A program made the translations under genes and the position numbers. A stretch of DNA of 38,773 bases. Source: Cladosporium halotolerans. Lineage: Eukaryota. The stretch lies in NCBI RefSeq assembly GCF_011745625.1, contig NW_027191488.1:186001-224773 (forward strand). The letters run 5' to 3'. Shown here one piece after another: positions 27,635-38,329 of this stretch (positions are counted from its first letter, which is position 1; every line of letters starts with the position of its first letter). The notes under the pieces are model-generated. The model was given only the letters and a program-made list of their open reading frames with translations, had not been told where the DNA came from and did no database searches.

Positions 27635-29606
27635 ATGTCTGCCAGCAACATAATCGGCAACCGGAACAGCACCCCCGAGGCGTCCAGCTCCACCCTCCGT
27701 CCTCCCAGCTCTCGCACCCTGGGCGCCGGCCACCACCTCCGCGCTTCCGCCGACATGGGCGCTTTCACCGCGCAGCCTCCCTTGTCCGCTCGCGGCATCC
27801 GCCCGGCTTCTGAGATCTACCTCAACCAGTTCCAGCAGCAAGGTGCCAACTCCGGCAACCCAGACGATGCCGCCGAAAAGGTGGCCCAGCAGTGGATGTC
27901 GGACATTGAGCAGTACGAGACGACCTTGGAGGACATGGCTTCGGCCACGCTCGACCAGGACTTCAAGGACGAGCTCAGCGCCATTGAGCAGTGGTTCCGC
28001 GTGCTCAGTGAGCCCGAGAGGACCGCCGCCCTGTACGCCCTGCTTCAGCAGACCACCCAGGTGCAGATCCGCTTCTTCATCCAGGTGCTGCAGCAGATGG
28101 CCAAGAGCCACCCCATGTCAGGTGTCCTCTCTCCCGCCGCTTTCGGCGAGAAGGACCCTATGTCTTCACGCATGAACGATGCCATGAACAAACTGAACGT
28201 CGAGGGCTCGCGCGGCTCCTTTGGCTTCGGCACAAAGCCGCCGCCTTCGCCGGGTGCGAAGCGCATGTCTGGGCTCGACCCCAGCACTATCAAGTCTATG
28301 TTCCCCGACGCCGCCAACGCGATTGAGGACCAGAAGGCTGAGTTCCAGAAAACCACCGGCACCGCGCCGAAGTCAAACCGCAACAGCGCCGTCGGTGACA
28401 GGTCCTCTTTCCTTGGTCCCTCCATCTCGGCTCCGGAGGAGGAGTCGCAGCAGCAAAAGAAGAATGTGTCGTCTGGTATTCCGGCTGGTCCGTGGAGGAA
28501 TGCCGGCTCGAACGGTAATAATGAAAACCAGCCCCCTATCGGGAGGCCCAAGTCTTCGTCCAGCCAGCAGGCACCCATGGGACAGTTCGGTTTGAGCAAC
28601 CCTCCTGCTACCGCTGGCCTGCGCTCGCCGCGTCCTTTCCCGATTTCTGGCGACAGCAACATCCAGAGCCAGTCGGCCACTGTTTCGGAATCTCAGAACC
28701 AGCCGATGGGTCACGGCATTCTTTCTCCGTACGCGCCTGGCGCCAGCTGGGCTTCCATGTCCAACACGCCCATGGTTTCCAACTTCAACCACTCGCAGCA
28801 AAACCAGAACCACGCTGATATGGTCGCCAACGCGACCGCTATGAAGCTCGCCGCCATGTCTACGGTCAACAACCGTATTCAGCTCGACGACGTTCGCAAG
28901 TACCGCCGTGCGCGCTCTAACGAGGGACAGCAACAGCAACAGCAGCAGGGCCCACTCTCTCCTGGTCTTCCCACCGGCATTAACCTCACCAATGAGTATG
29001 GCCAGATGCTCACTCCTCAGCAAGCGCTCGCCTTCCAGCAACAGCAGCTCGCTGCCATGCAAGGCGCCCGTTCTCGCCCCAGCTCTCCCGGTATTGCAAT
29101 CACTGGACCCCACGGCGCGACTGCCAATGTGCCTATTGGAAACGGCATGCAAAACAATGGCTTCCTCGCGGCCTTCGACGGCTCGAACGGTCTCGGAGGT
29201 CTCAACAGCGGCTTCGCCGGCATGAACCTGAACACCTTCCCCATGGGCGGCGAGGGCTACCTTTCGGACGCCTCAGAAATCAACCGCGGTCGCTCGCCTA
29301 GAGGCAGACGTGGTAGCTCCAAGCCGCCTGAGGACCCGACCGACCCTGCCCTGCTCAAGGATATTCCCAACTGGCTGCGTACACTGAGGCTGCACAAGTA
29401 CACCGATAACCTCAAGGACATGCAGTGGCAGGATCTTGTGGCTTTGGATGATGAGGGGCTTGAGAAGAAGGGTGTGAATGCTCTTGGTGCCAGGAGGAAG
29501 CTGCTCAAGGTATGTCGTATTGTGCCCGTTTTCGACTAATAGGATGCTAACAATCTGCCAGGTGTTCGAGCAAGTCCGCGAAGCGCAGGCCGAGGGCAAG
29601 ATCTAA
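27635..29606 (+). CDS. VTS1: RNA-binding SAM-domain protein Vts1 (Smaug homolog), ~639 aa; exons 27635-29509 and 29562-29606
   Basis: N-terminal '[36 protein letters not shown]'; Q/S/N-rich middle; C-terminal SAM '[18 protein letters not shown]...[18 protein letters not shown]'. 52-nt GTATGT...GCTAAC...CAG intron. Confidence 0.92.
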
Positions 29607-30322
29607 TTTGTGCGATCTTTTTCCATGAGCGCCCCAGTCACTACCACGATTGAGTCAAAATTCCGCAATCCGAGCTCTTTTTTGCATTGCGGGCACGCGG
29701 CGTCGTTCGAGCGTCATCTGCGAAGAGCGCTTTTCTGTTTGCTAGTTGTCAATTTGTTTCATGCCATCATCTCTCATGAGAGAGGAAAAGGGGGAGACGA
29801 ACGAGAGGGAAAAGGGATCTTAATAATGCTTACACGTATCTTCTTTTCTCTCTGCCATTCTCTGTTCAGTCGTGTTGCTCTTACGTTCGTGATAACCTGT
29901 TGACAAGCGAGCGTAGGCCCTTCGATCAGTGACTGGTCGCCCCGCGCATACAATCTGACAATGCTCATACAATGGACGCTGCTCACTTCCTCTCCGCGCC
30001 TGACCGCGCCTGACCGCGCCGTAACGCCGAACCTGGAACCCAGCCACCAACATTTTCTGGCCGCACTCCCCGACAATCTTATTGTTCACCACCCTTTGAC
30101 TCCCATTGTCCATTGAATCTATTTCTTTCACCATGGCGCTCTTTAGCGAGCTTCGAGGCGTGTTGCTTTGTTTCACTAATCCTTTTCTACACACTCATCT
30201 CCCTTCCACGAATCTCAGTCCTTTGGCGAAAACATATCCAACAAATCGCTTGACGCGATTACCCACGCATTGAACTTGCCATCTAACAGCTCTTAAACAC
30301 TTTTGACGCAGACTTCAACGCT

Positions 30323-31420
30323 ATGAACAAGCTCTTCAACACAGGCGTCCTGGCTCTTGCCACTCTCGCCTCTATTTCCTCCGCCCACGAAGGCCACAAC
30401 GAGAACAAGCCCTCGAGTTCCTACAGCCTAGTCGCTGACTACAGCGGCCCAACCTTCTTCGACGGCTTCGTCACCTTCACCGGCCCCGACCCCACGCACG
30501 GTAAGGTCAACTACACCGACAAGGCCTTCGCCGCCAGCACCGGCCTCCTCGGCTTCAACTACCACCAGGAAGACAACTCTACCCGCGCCCGCATCGGCGT
30601 CGACTCCACCGACAAGGCCCCCGGCAACGCCGGCCGCAACTCCGTCCGCCTCACCAGCAAGGCCACTTTCAACGCCGGCACCCTCCTCGTCGCAGACATC
30701 ACCCACATGCCCGTCGGCCCCGGCCTCTGGCCCGCCCTCTGGCTCCTCGGCACTGGCGCTGAATGGCCCGCCGCCGGCGAAATCGACATCCTCGAGACCG
30801 TCCACGACACCCCTTACAACGCCATGACCCTGCACACCGCCCCCGGCTGCAGCGTCGCCAACTCCTCCGCCTCAGCCCCCTTCGCCGGCCACCTCCAGAA
30901 CCCAGACTGCAACGCCGGCTCCGCCATGACAGGCTGCAGCATCCACGCTCCCGCCACCTTCCAGAGCGACGGCAAGAACCTGGCTTCCGCAGGCGAAGCC
31001 TTCAACGCCCAGGCCGGCGCCGTCTACGCCACGGAATGGACGCCGCACGGCATCAAAGTCTGGGCTTTCGCCCGCTCCGCCGTCCCCGCTTCTCTCAACT
31101 CTCCCAACCCGGATCCGAACTCTTTCCCCCCGCCGCTGGCTTCTTTCTCTGGCCCCGGGTGCGATTACGCCGAGTCTTTCAGGGACATGGCGCTCATTGT
31201 CAATACGGATTTCTGCGGCGATTGGGCGGGCAGGGTTTGGGAGAAGATGGGTAAGGATAAGGGGACGGGTGTCAAGAGCTGCGAGGAGTTTGTTGGGGAG
31301 AGGCCTGGGGAGTTTAAGGATGCGTTTTGGGAGTTTTATAGTATTCGCGTTTTTGGGTTGGGGGGGAAGGATGTTGGGAAGAACCCGGATGTCGGGCGGG
31401 AGGGATTTGGGGTTCTTTGA
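30323..31420 (+). CDS. Secreted glycoside hydrolase family 16 (fungal Lam16A-like endo-1,3(4)-beta-glucanase), 365 aa
   Basis: Signal peptide; 'DPTHGKVNY', 'GRNSVRLTS', 'HMPVGPGLWPALW', catalytic 'WPAAGEIDILE', 'NAMTLHT', 'NTDFCGDWAG'. Confidence 0.92.
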   Translation: MNKLFNTGVLALATLASISSAHEGHNENKPSSSYSLVADYSGPTFFDGFVTFTGPDPTHGKVNYTDKAFAASTGLLGFNYHQEDNSTRARIGVDSTDKAPGNAGRNSVRLTSKATFNAGTLLVADITHMPVGPGLWPALWLLGTGAEWPAAGEIDILETVHDTPYNAMTLHTAPGCSVANSSASAPFAGHLQNPDCNAGSAMTGCSIHAPATFQSDGKNLASAGEAFNAQAGAVYATEWTPHGIKVWAFARSAVPASLNSPNPDPNSFPPPLASFSGPGCDYAESFRDMALIVNTDFCGDWAGRVWEKMGKDKGTGVKSCEEFVGERPGEFKDAFWEFYSIRVFGLGGKDVGKNPDVGREGFGVL

Positions 31421-31689
31421 TCGTTTAATAAGTATCTTTGGATCGGTCTGATGGAATGGATTGATCCTGAAGCAATTTGAGAGTTTTTGTTTTTGTTTTT
31501 TGGCCGCGATTTGTACTTTCCACTTCATCTTGAGGGCTTTTGTTGTCTTGTTTTCTTGCTTTCTCCTTGGTGGTTTTCTGTGACTTGAATGGGGGTTTGG
31601 GTAAGGGCTCAGCTGGAAGAGGACGCAGGTTGCTGGGATGTCAGTTTGACGACTACCTGGTAGCTAATGGATCGATCTACTAACCAGTC

Positions 31690-31780
31690 GATCAATCAGT
31701 CATTCAACTAATCAATAAATCGGTAAATCAACCAACCAACTAACCAACCAACCAACCAACCAATCAATTAATCAATCAAT
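31690..31780 (+). repeat. Degenerate (CAAC/CAAT)n tetranucleotide tract
   Basis: ...tcaaccaaccaactaaccaaccaaccaaccaaccaatcaattaatcaatcaat, between the convergent GH16 and DAACS genes. Confidence 0.85.
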
Positions 31781-32230
31781 GTTTTTAGATTCTCGCTTTG
31801 CTCTTTATTCGGATTCGCTGTCAATAGCAATGTTGATGGGGAAGTCGCCATTACGCACATGTTATAGTACCTGATGAAAGCTCACTCCAAGAAGCATACC
31901 GCCCGTCGCCATAGTGAACAAGTATAACTCGTACATACGATATAGTCTGTGGAGCATTCAAAGGGACTCTGTCTTGAACATCATTCTCCACTCTGTACAG
32001 TGGTGAATTCGACGAGGAAATAGCGCTGTGAGGGCTTCGTGATAATCCCACTCGTCATCGCGGTGTGTAGAAATATCTTGGAGATCCTCTCAACCTCAAG
32101 TCACCGGTCATGCATGCTGGGGAAGAAAGGATTGCACGAACGAGTCGATTTCAAAAAAGTATCATTAACCACATCATCAAAGCCCTCCTTACCCAACGCA
32201 CCTTCAACCTCCCTCCTCCCTCGCCACTCA

Positions 32231-33913
32231 TCAAACAGTCTCCTTCGCGTCGCCGTTCACACTAGCCCTGCGCTGCTGCTGCACCCCACCCGCCTCCTGC
32301 ATAACCCTCTGCACGCTCTCCGACGCCTCGAAATCCCTCGAATCCGTATCCGTGATCCCCGTCAATTTCGCCATCACCCGCGAAGCGTACAGGTCGCCGC
32401 TGACGTTGGTCATCGTCCGGAAGCGGTCGATGAACCAATCGATCGCCACCACGACCGCGTACATGCCCGTGATCGGGATGCCGACGCTCTCGGCGATGAT
32501 CAGCGTCAGGACCAGCGAGGAGCTGGGGATCGGCGTCGTGGCGATCGAGGAGAGGGTCGCGAGCAGCACGATCACGACGTAGTCGCCGGCGTTCAGCGAC
32601 ATTCCTTGAGTGGCTGCGAGGAAGACGACGACGGTCGGGAAGTAGATCGCCGTGCCGTCCATGTTGATCAGCGTGCCGAGCGGGATGACGAATTGCGAGA
32701 CGACGTGCGGAATTCCGCGCTCCGAGGCCACTTGGAGGGTCACGGGCATGGTGGCGGCGGAGGAGGCGGTGGCCCAGGCGGTGATCCAGGAGCGCGAGCA
32801 GCGGATCCAGAAGGCGTAGGGGTTTTGGCGCACGAAGGCGAAGAAGAGGATTGGGTAGACGATGAAGAGGTGAACTTGGGGAGAAAGTTAGTGTTTGATA
32901 AGGGATGGCGAGTTTCTGGGGACGGGATGCAAGACTTACTGGCCATGTTGACGATGGAGCCGCCGACGAGCACGCCAAGGTTCTGTCCGATGTCTTCAAT
33001 GTCGAGGGTGAAAAGGTTGGACAGGATGAGGAAGAAGACGCCAATGGGTGCGAGCTTGATGAGGAAGGTGATGATTGTCATGACAATCTTCTCGACTTCT
33101 CGGACGGCGCGCAGAATCGAGGAGTCGGGACCTTTGATAAGACAGCCGACGACGATGGCTGAGACCAAGACCGCGAGGAGCTCGTCGTTAGCCACGGCGC
33201 CGACGACGTTGTTGGGGATGAAAGATTCGAAGACCTGGACCACAACGTCGTGTGCTGCCATACCGCCTTTCTCTTCGACGTCTGCGGCGTCTTCCTCGCT
33301 CATTTGAAGCGAGTCGGGGTCGGCGACGGTCATCATGGGTCGCCACACGAGGTCGACCAGGATGGTACTGATGACGATGGCAAGGATGGTTGTCCCCACA
33401 TACCAGATAATTGTGAGACGAGCGAGCTTTCCTCCGCCAGCATCCATACTCTTGAGGTTTTGGACGGCGATGATCATGGCGACAATGATCAAGGGAAGGA
33501 CTGTGATGGAAGTCGTCAGACGTGGCTGACACGGGCTACCAAGACGACATCGTCAAAGACTCACCAGTTGCTCTGAGAGCTCTCAGCCAAAGCTGACCCG
33601 GAATCTCAAGAATAACAGGCGCCGCCTCTGGCATGTTCGACACAGAGGTCGAGACGGCCAGACCAATGGCGATGGCAATCAGCGCTGCGACAATGATCTG
33701 CACTGCAGACCCGGGAGTCTTGAACGAGTCCCATAGCTGTTGGTACCAGTTTCGTTTGACTGGTGTGGTCTCTCCATCTGCGACGTAAGAGGGCTCGCTG
33801 GAAGCCTCGCGAGAGAGCCCCGCGCTGTTGGTGACATTCACAGGTCCCTTGGTGTCGGACTCGACGGTGCCGGTAGGTTCCTTTGGATCCGAGGTGATCT
33901 GTTCGACGGCCAT
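32231..33913 (-). CDS. Dicarboxylate/amino acid:cation symporter (DAACS/SLC1, EAAT/GltPh-like), ~517 aa; exons 33913-33565, 33500-32940, 32874-32231
   Basis: 'PGQLWLRALRAT|VLPLII', 'FIPNNV', 'IKLAPIGVFFLI', HP1 'TASSAATMP', TM7 'INMDGTAIY', TM8 'DWFIDRFRTMTNVSGD'. Introns of 64 nt (GTGAGT..CAG) and 65 nt (GTAAGT..ACTAAC..AAG) keep the frame. Confidence 0.9.
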
Positions 33914-35217
33914 GATGAGACTGAGTTCTAAAGGCAACGGAGAAGGAACGACGAAGCACGAGTGTCGCGGCGACAATGGCGAGAGACCATCGCGCACCCC
34001 CGCCGGCTTTATCTTCAGGCGCGCTCACATGCCCAAGACTGAATCCTCCAGCGCTGGTCAACCGACCAGACTAGATAGACTGATAACAAGGCGGAACGTT
34101 AGCGACTGGGCGAGCGTTGGCAGCCTGCGATGTTACATGACTTTCCCCATTCAGCAAGGTTGGCGTGCAGACCTGGTCGACTTGGCGGCGCTGCCGAGGG
34201 CATGGCACTATGGCCAGTAGTCGAATCAAAGGGTCTAGACAGAGGGACATCTTTTGGTATGAATGAGATGTGGTCGTGACGTTTGTTATGCTGTTTGATC
34301 GCAGGCGGACGAGCGTAGGCGCGTCTGGTGAAGAAGGGAGATCGAGGTGAAGTCTTGGTGGCGCAAGCCGCACATGCCTTGCAAGCCCACCAGGGGCTCT
34401 ACAGATAGGAGAGTTTGGAGTCTATCCAGAGCACAAGGCTGAAGCAAACCACCATCGATTGTGATTGGGTGCGAAGGTGCTTCCCCACCAAGAGGATAGG
34501 CGATTAAGCACACGCCTACCGCTTGTCGGATGTCGGCTACCACTGGCTACGAACGGGGTAAGACCTTGCCCAGCCTTGCTCTGAGATAACGAGGATGGTG
34601 GCGTTGGTGTCGCGTGCTGGGCGGAGGATTTTGCTTGTCGCCGGTCTTGGACATTGATATCGGTCAGGTGAATTATGATTTGATGAGGTTGAGCACAAGC
34701 GATGCCCGTTCCACGTGGGGATGCATGGGGTCTGATCTCTGTGGAGCTTGCATCGATTTGCGTTCCCGGTCAATGACTGTGAAGGATTATTCTAGAATGA
34801 ACGGGTGGCGAGAGTGCGCGACACACAGTCGATTCTCAATTTATTCTTCCCACGTGAACATCTCCTGCCTGTCGTGCTTTGGTGCCCTTGTGTCACGTTC
34901 CGGGTCGGCCAAATATCACACCGACGCATGTGGCCTCGCGCCGCAGAGCTTCTGCACACCCGCAACGTTTACAATGCGTTTGTCCAAGCCAAGAAAATGA
35001 TAACATAACATTTGTCAAAATTTGTACGAAGGCAACAGAAAGTCAGAGTTCGAGATGTCATTGGCAATACTGGAACGGCACGACGAGTGGCAGGAGCCAA
35101 AGTGGGCGAATATGCGAGTCGCTCGTATCCTTCTATGTCCTTATACCAGGCTTCGTACATCCTGACCTTTTTCGACGACACTCCTTCTGCCTCTCAAATC
35201 CCCATTGAAGCATCCTC

Positions 35218-36319
35218 TTAGATCTTGCCAACACCGACACCGGCAAGGACGGTGAAGGGCAGCTCGTAGAGGTCGGTGAGCCTGTACTTGTACGGTGCCT
35301 TCTTGAAGTCGCCGATGTGGGTGATGTTGACGGCAGCGTCGCCGAAGTAGTTCTCTGGGAAAGAAAATCATGTTAGCAATTGGTACAAACAGAGTAGTAA
35401 AAGCGTGGCGAAACTCACTGGCTCCGAGGTTCATGTATCCATCAATCTCAAAGTCTCCCTCAGGGCTGGTGTTGGGTGAGTCCTCAGGAATGACCAGGCC
35501 GTAGGTGGTGGCGGCAGTGCGGGTGTTGCCGAAGAAAGCGTTGGCCTCGACGAGCATCTGGTTGTCGGAGCGCGACTGGATGGCCTGGTAGCGGTAGTCG
35601 ACGTACAGGTTGTTGTAGATGTGCTGGTGGCCGAAGCGCCCTGAGGGACCGCGCGTGCCGCAGTTGCGCCAGTAGTTGTGGTGGTAGGTCAAGTGCAGCT
35701 TGCCGAAGTCGACGTCGCGCAGCACGTCCGAGTTGCCGATGAGGTTGGACTTCCAGTGGTCGTGGAAGTAGTTCCATGAGATGGTCACCCAGTCGCTGCC
35801 GCGCACGGTGTCGAGCTGGCCGTCGTAATAGTCAGGGCCAAGCTCCTGGCTGAACTCGGACTCGAACTCGTTGTGGTCAATCCAGACACGGGTGCTGTTC
35901 TGTACGGTGATGCCGTCGTTGTCGACAATGAAGCGGATGGCAAGGTTGCGGACGATGACGTTGGTTGCGTTGACGATGGTCATGCCATTCTGGCGGATCT
36001 CAGCAGTCTTGCCAATACCGAGAATGGACTTGTTGCTGCCGACGCGAAGGCGGGAGGGCAGGTCGATGCGGCCCTCGACGTAGATAGTGCGAGGCTTGGA
36101 GTCGCTGGCAGCCGCCAGCAGGGCCGCACCGTCGCGAACAGTGACCTTCTCGCCAGATCCACCGCCAGTGGTTTTTCCGATGGGGTTGTCCTTCGCGTAG
36201 CCCACGAGATCGAAGCTACCGAACTTGCTCTTGGGGTGCTTCTCCTCGCCGGGAGCCTCGTTGGCAGGGAGAGCGGTCGCCAAAGCGAGGCAGGTGAACA
36301 GAGCCGCGAAGACCTTCAT
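35218..36319 (-). CDS. Secreted pectate lyase, polysaccharide lyase family 1, ~345 aa; exons 36319-35419 and 35354-35218
   Basis: Signal peptide; 'TTGGG', 'VGSNKSILG', 'NVIVRNL', 'VWIDHNEF', 'DGQLD', 'VTISWN', 'RGPSGRFG..HIYNN'. A 64-nt GTGAGT...GCTAAC...CAG intron gives C-terminal 'APYKYRL...GVGVGKI*'. Confidence 0.92.
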
Positions 36320-37393
36320 TGTGAATATTCGACAAGGGTAGAAACTCGCGTGGGTTATCGAATGACGAGGGAGAAGACGCAGGCTTTATACGCTCGCCAT
36401 TGCATATGCGGGAGCCTGTTGACACATGCCTGTCCACCTCAATATCCTCATTGCCGGCTCGATTCCACTCGATCTTCTCCCCATTGAGGAAATCCAAGAC
36501 GGCGAAATGTTGTTAGCATCAAGATGTGGCTTCTTCCCGCCTTAGGGTACTCCGCATCTCCTCTTTGCCAGATTATGGACAGCTTCTTGAGTCGGCGGCG
36601 GTTGTTCCGGCGAGAGGGGATTGGTGCTCGCAATTTTTCAAGTTACTCGGCGTCGTACCTGCATGAGCTGAATGAGGCGCATGACAATAGAGGTCGCACC
36701 GTCTGACGAGGATTGGTGGAATCCCTGGAATCCGCCTTGGCTCTATGCGGGGAGACAATGGGGTCTCCATGGGGAACACTATTATGTCGGTCCTTAGAGT
36801 TGACCGAGGTCTGGATTTTGAAAGTCTAACCGACTCCGGGTCATATTCATATGCTCATAGTGCTCTGTCTATATGGTGGTTGCATCCGTGCGTGCGGTGT
36901 ATCTGTTTGCCCGGGCTTCGCGCTAGATTCAAGCAGTCCTTTCTTCACAACGCCAGCTCAACCTTCGAAGCCTGTCGAGTCTGACCATCAACAAAGTCAT
37001 TTTCCAAGCGATAGCCGCCTGGATGATATTACGAGGCCACCGGATGGTTCAGCTTGCAGACTGCATGGACTGACAGGACGTTGCGCCATTTCCCATTAGA
37101 CCTTCCATGACCTTACCTTGGCAACGCCACCACGCGTTTTCATTTGCTTGACCTCGCTTTGCACTGGTCGACGCGAGCATGTGCGCCGTCGTCCAGTCCA
37201 CTCAGGATTTTCTTCCGTCCGGACAAATGCTTCGCTAAAAGCCAAGACACACCGGCAATTCCCAGCCGACGATGGCGCTCTTACGAGCAACGTGTCGTGC
37301 TCAATGCATGTATTGCACGTGTTTCGTATGGCTGGTTCTAGCGCCTTTCACAGCCCAGCCTTGCGTATTGGCTGCTTTGGTATCATGCCGGAC

Positions 37394-38329
37394 TCAGATG
37401 TACTTCTTCTCGGGGTCGATCTGATCCAGCAGATCCATGGTCTTTTCGTACATCGTAAACACGATACCACCGCTGAAGATCAGTCTGCCGAGTCTAGGCA
37501 CTGCTCCACTCCACAACTTGAAGAAGCCCTCGTCCTTGAAGATCTTGACCGCGCAGTCGATGCTGTTCTTATACAGGCCCTTCGCGTCCAAGCTCTGCAT
37601 GCGCGTCTTGACCGTGTCGATTGGCTGCGTTGCGTAGACGGTGATGACACCTGCCGCACCGCCAATGGCGAATGTCGAGAGAGTTCCCAGCTTCTCGCCC
37701 GGCGCGACGTATGACTGAGCGGCCTGCTTGATAGATGTGTATGCGCTGAAACGAACGGCCGAGTTCGCGGCCTGGCGAGCCGTGGTAGGAACGAAGCCCT
37801 TGAAGAAGCCCCTAACGCCCTGCTCCCTGGCGATGATGCCCGAACCGTGCAGGAAACCTCTCATTCTCGGCTTCGCTTGTTTGCGGTCGTCGATCAATTG
37901 CGTTTTGATGCTCTCGAACGGTGTGACGGCAACCAAGCTCTCCGTTGCTCCGGCGCAGAAGCCTGACACCACGGTCATGGGCCCACTGATGGTTCCATCC
38001 TCGTTCCCGAGCAATCGCTTGTACTGATCAAACGCCACGAATCTTACACCAGCCTTGATGCTGTTGCCGATAATCAAAGTGGTGCATCCGGCGTACCATT
38101 GAGGGCCGAACGGGGGGAACGGGAGCTTTTGGCCGGCGGCGAGGCGGGAGTTCAGTTGTGATCGGGTTTTGGCGAATTCGGCAGGGTATGTGATCGCGAT
38201 CTCGACGGCACCGGCACTTGAGCCTGCGATGATGCTGCGCAGAGGGTTGGGCTTGTCTTTCTTCTGCGAGGGTGGTGTTGCTTTGACTCCGACATTCGGA
38301 ACGGGCACGGCGGCTGTTGTCGAGCCCAT
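37394..38329 (-). CDS. CTP1: Mitochondrial citrate/tricarboxylate carrier Ctp1, 311 aa, single exon
   Basis: Three carrier signatures (PAEFAKTR, PFESIKTQ, PIDTVKTR) and citrate-carrier contact motifs 'GNSIKAGVRF', 'RQAANSAVRF', 'PRLGRL'. Start at ATG 38329; the ORF-track extension to 38653 has no carrier-like sequence. Confidence 0.9.
   Translation of the reverse strand: MGSTTAAVPVPNVGVKATPPSQKKDKPNPLRSIIAGSSAGAVEIAITYPAEFAKTRSQLNSRLAAGQKLPFPPFGPQWYAGCTTLIIGNSIKAGVRFVAFDQYKRLLGNEDGTISGPMTVVSGFCAGATESLVAVTPFESIKTQLIDDRKQAKPRMRGFLHGSGIIAREQGVRGFFKGFVPTTARQAANSAVRFSAYTSIKQAAQSYVAPGEKLGTLSTFAIGGAAGVITVYATQPIDTVKTRMQSLDAKGLYKNSIDCAVKIFKDEGFFKLWSGAVPRLGRLIFSGGIVFTMYEKTMDLLDQIDPEKKYI

Noticed and set aside
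31690..31780. CTAACC-containing tract resembling telomeric repeats or a telomerase template
   Set aside because: The period is 4 (CAAC/CAAT). There is no CCCTAA array or TAACCCTAA template.
32039..33307. 422-aa ORF antisense to DAACS, and similar long antisense ORFs over PCP1, KEL3, TAF5 and VTS1
   Set aside because: Shadow ORFs caused by GC-rich codon bias on the real coding strand.
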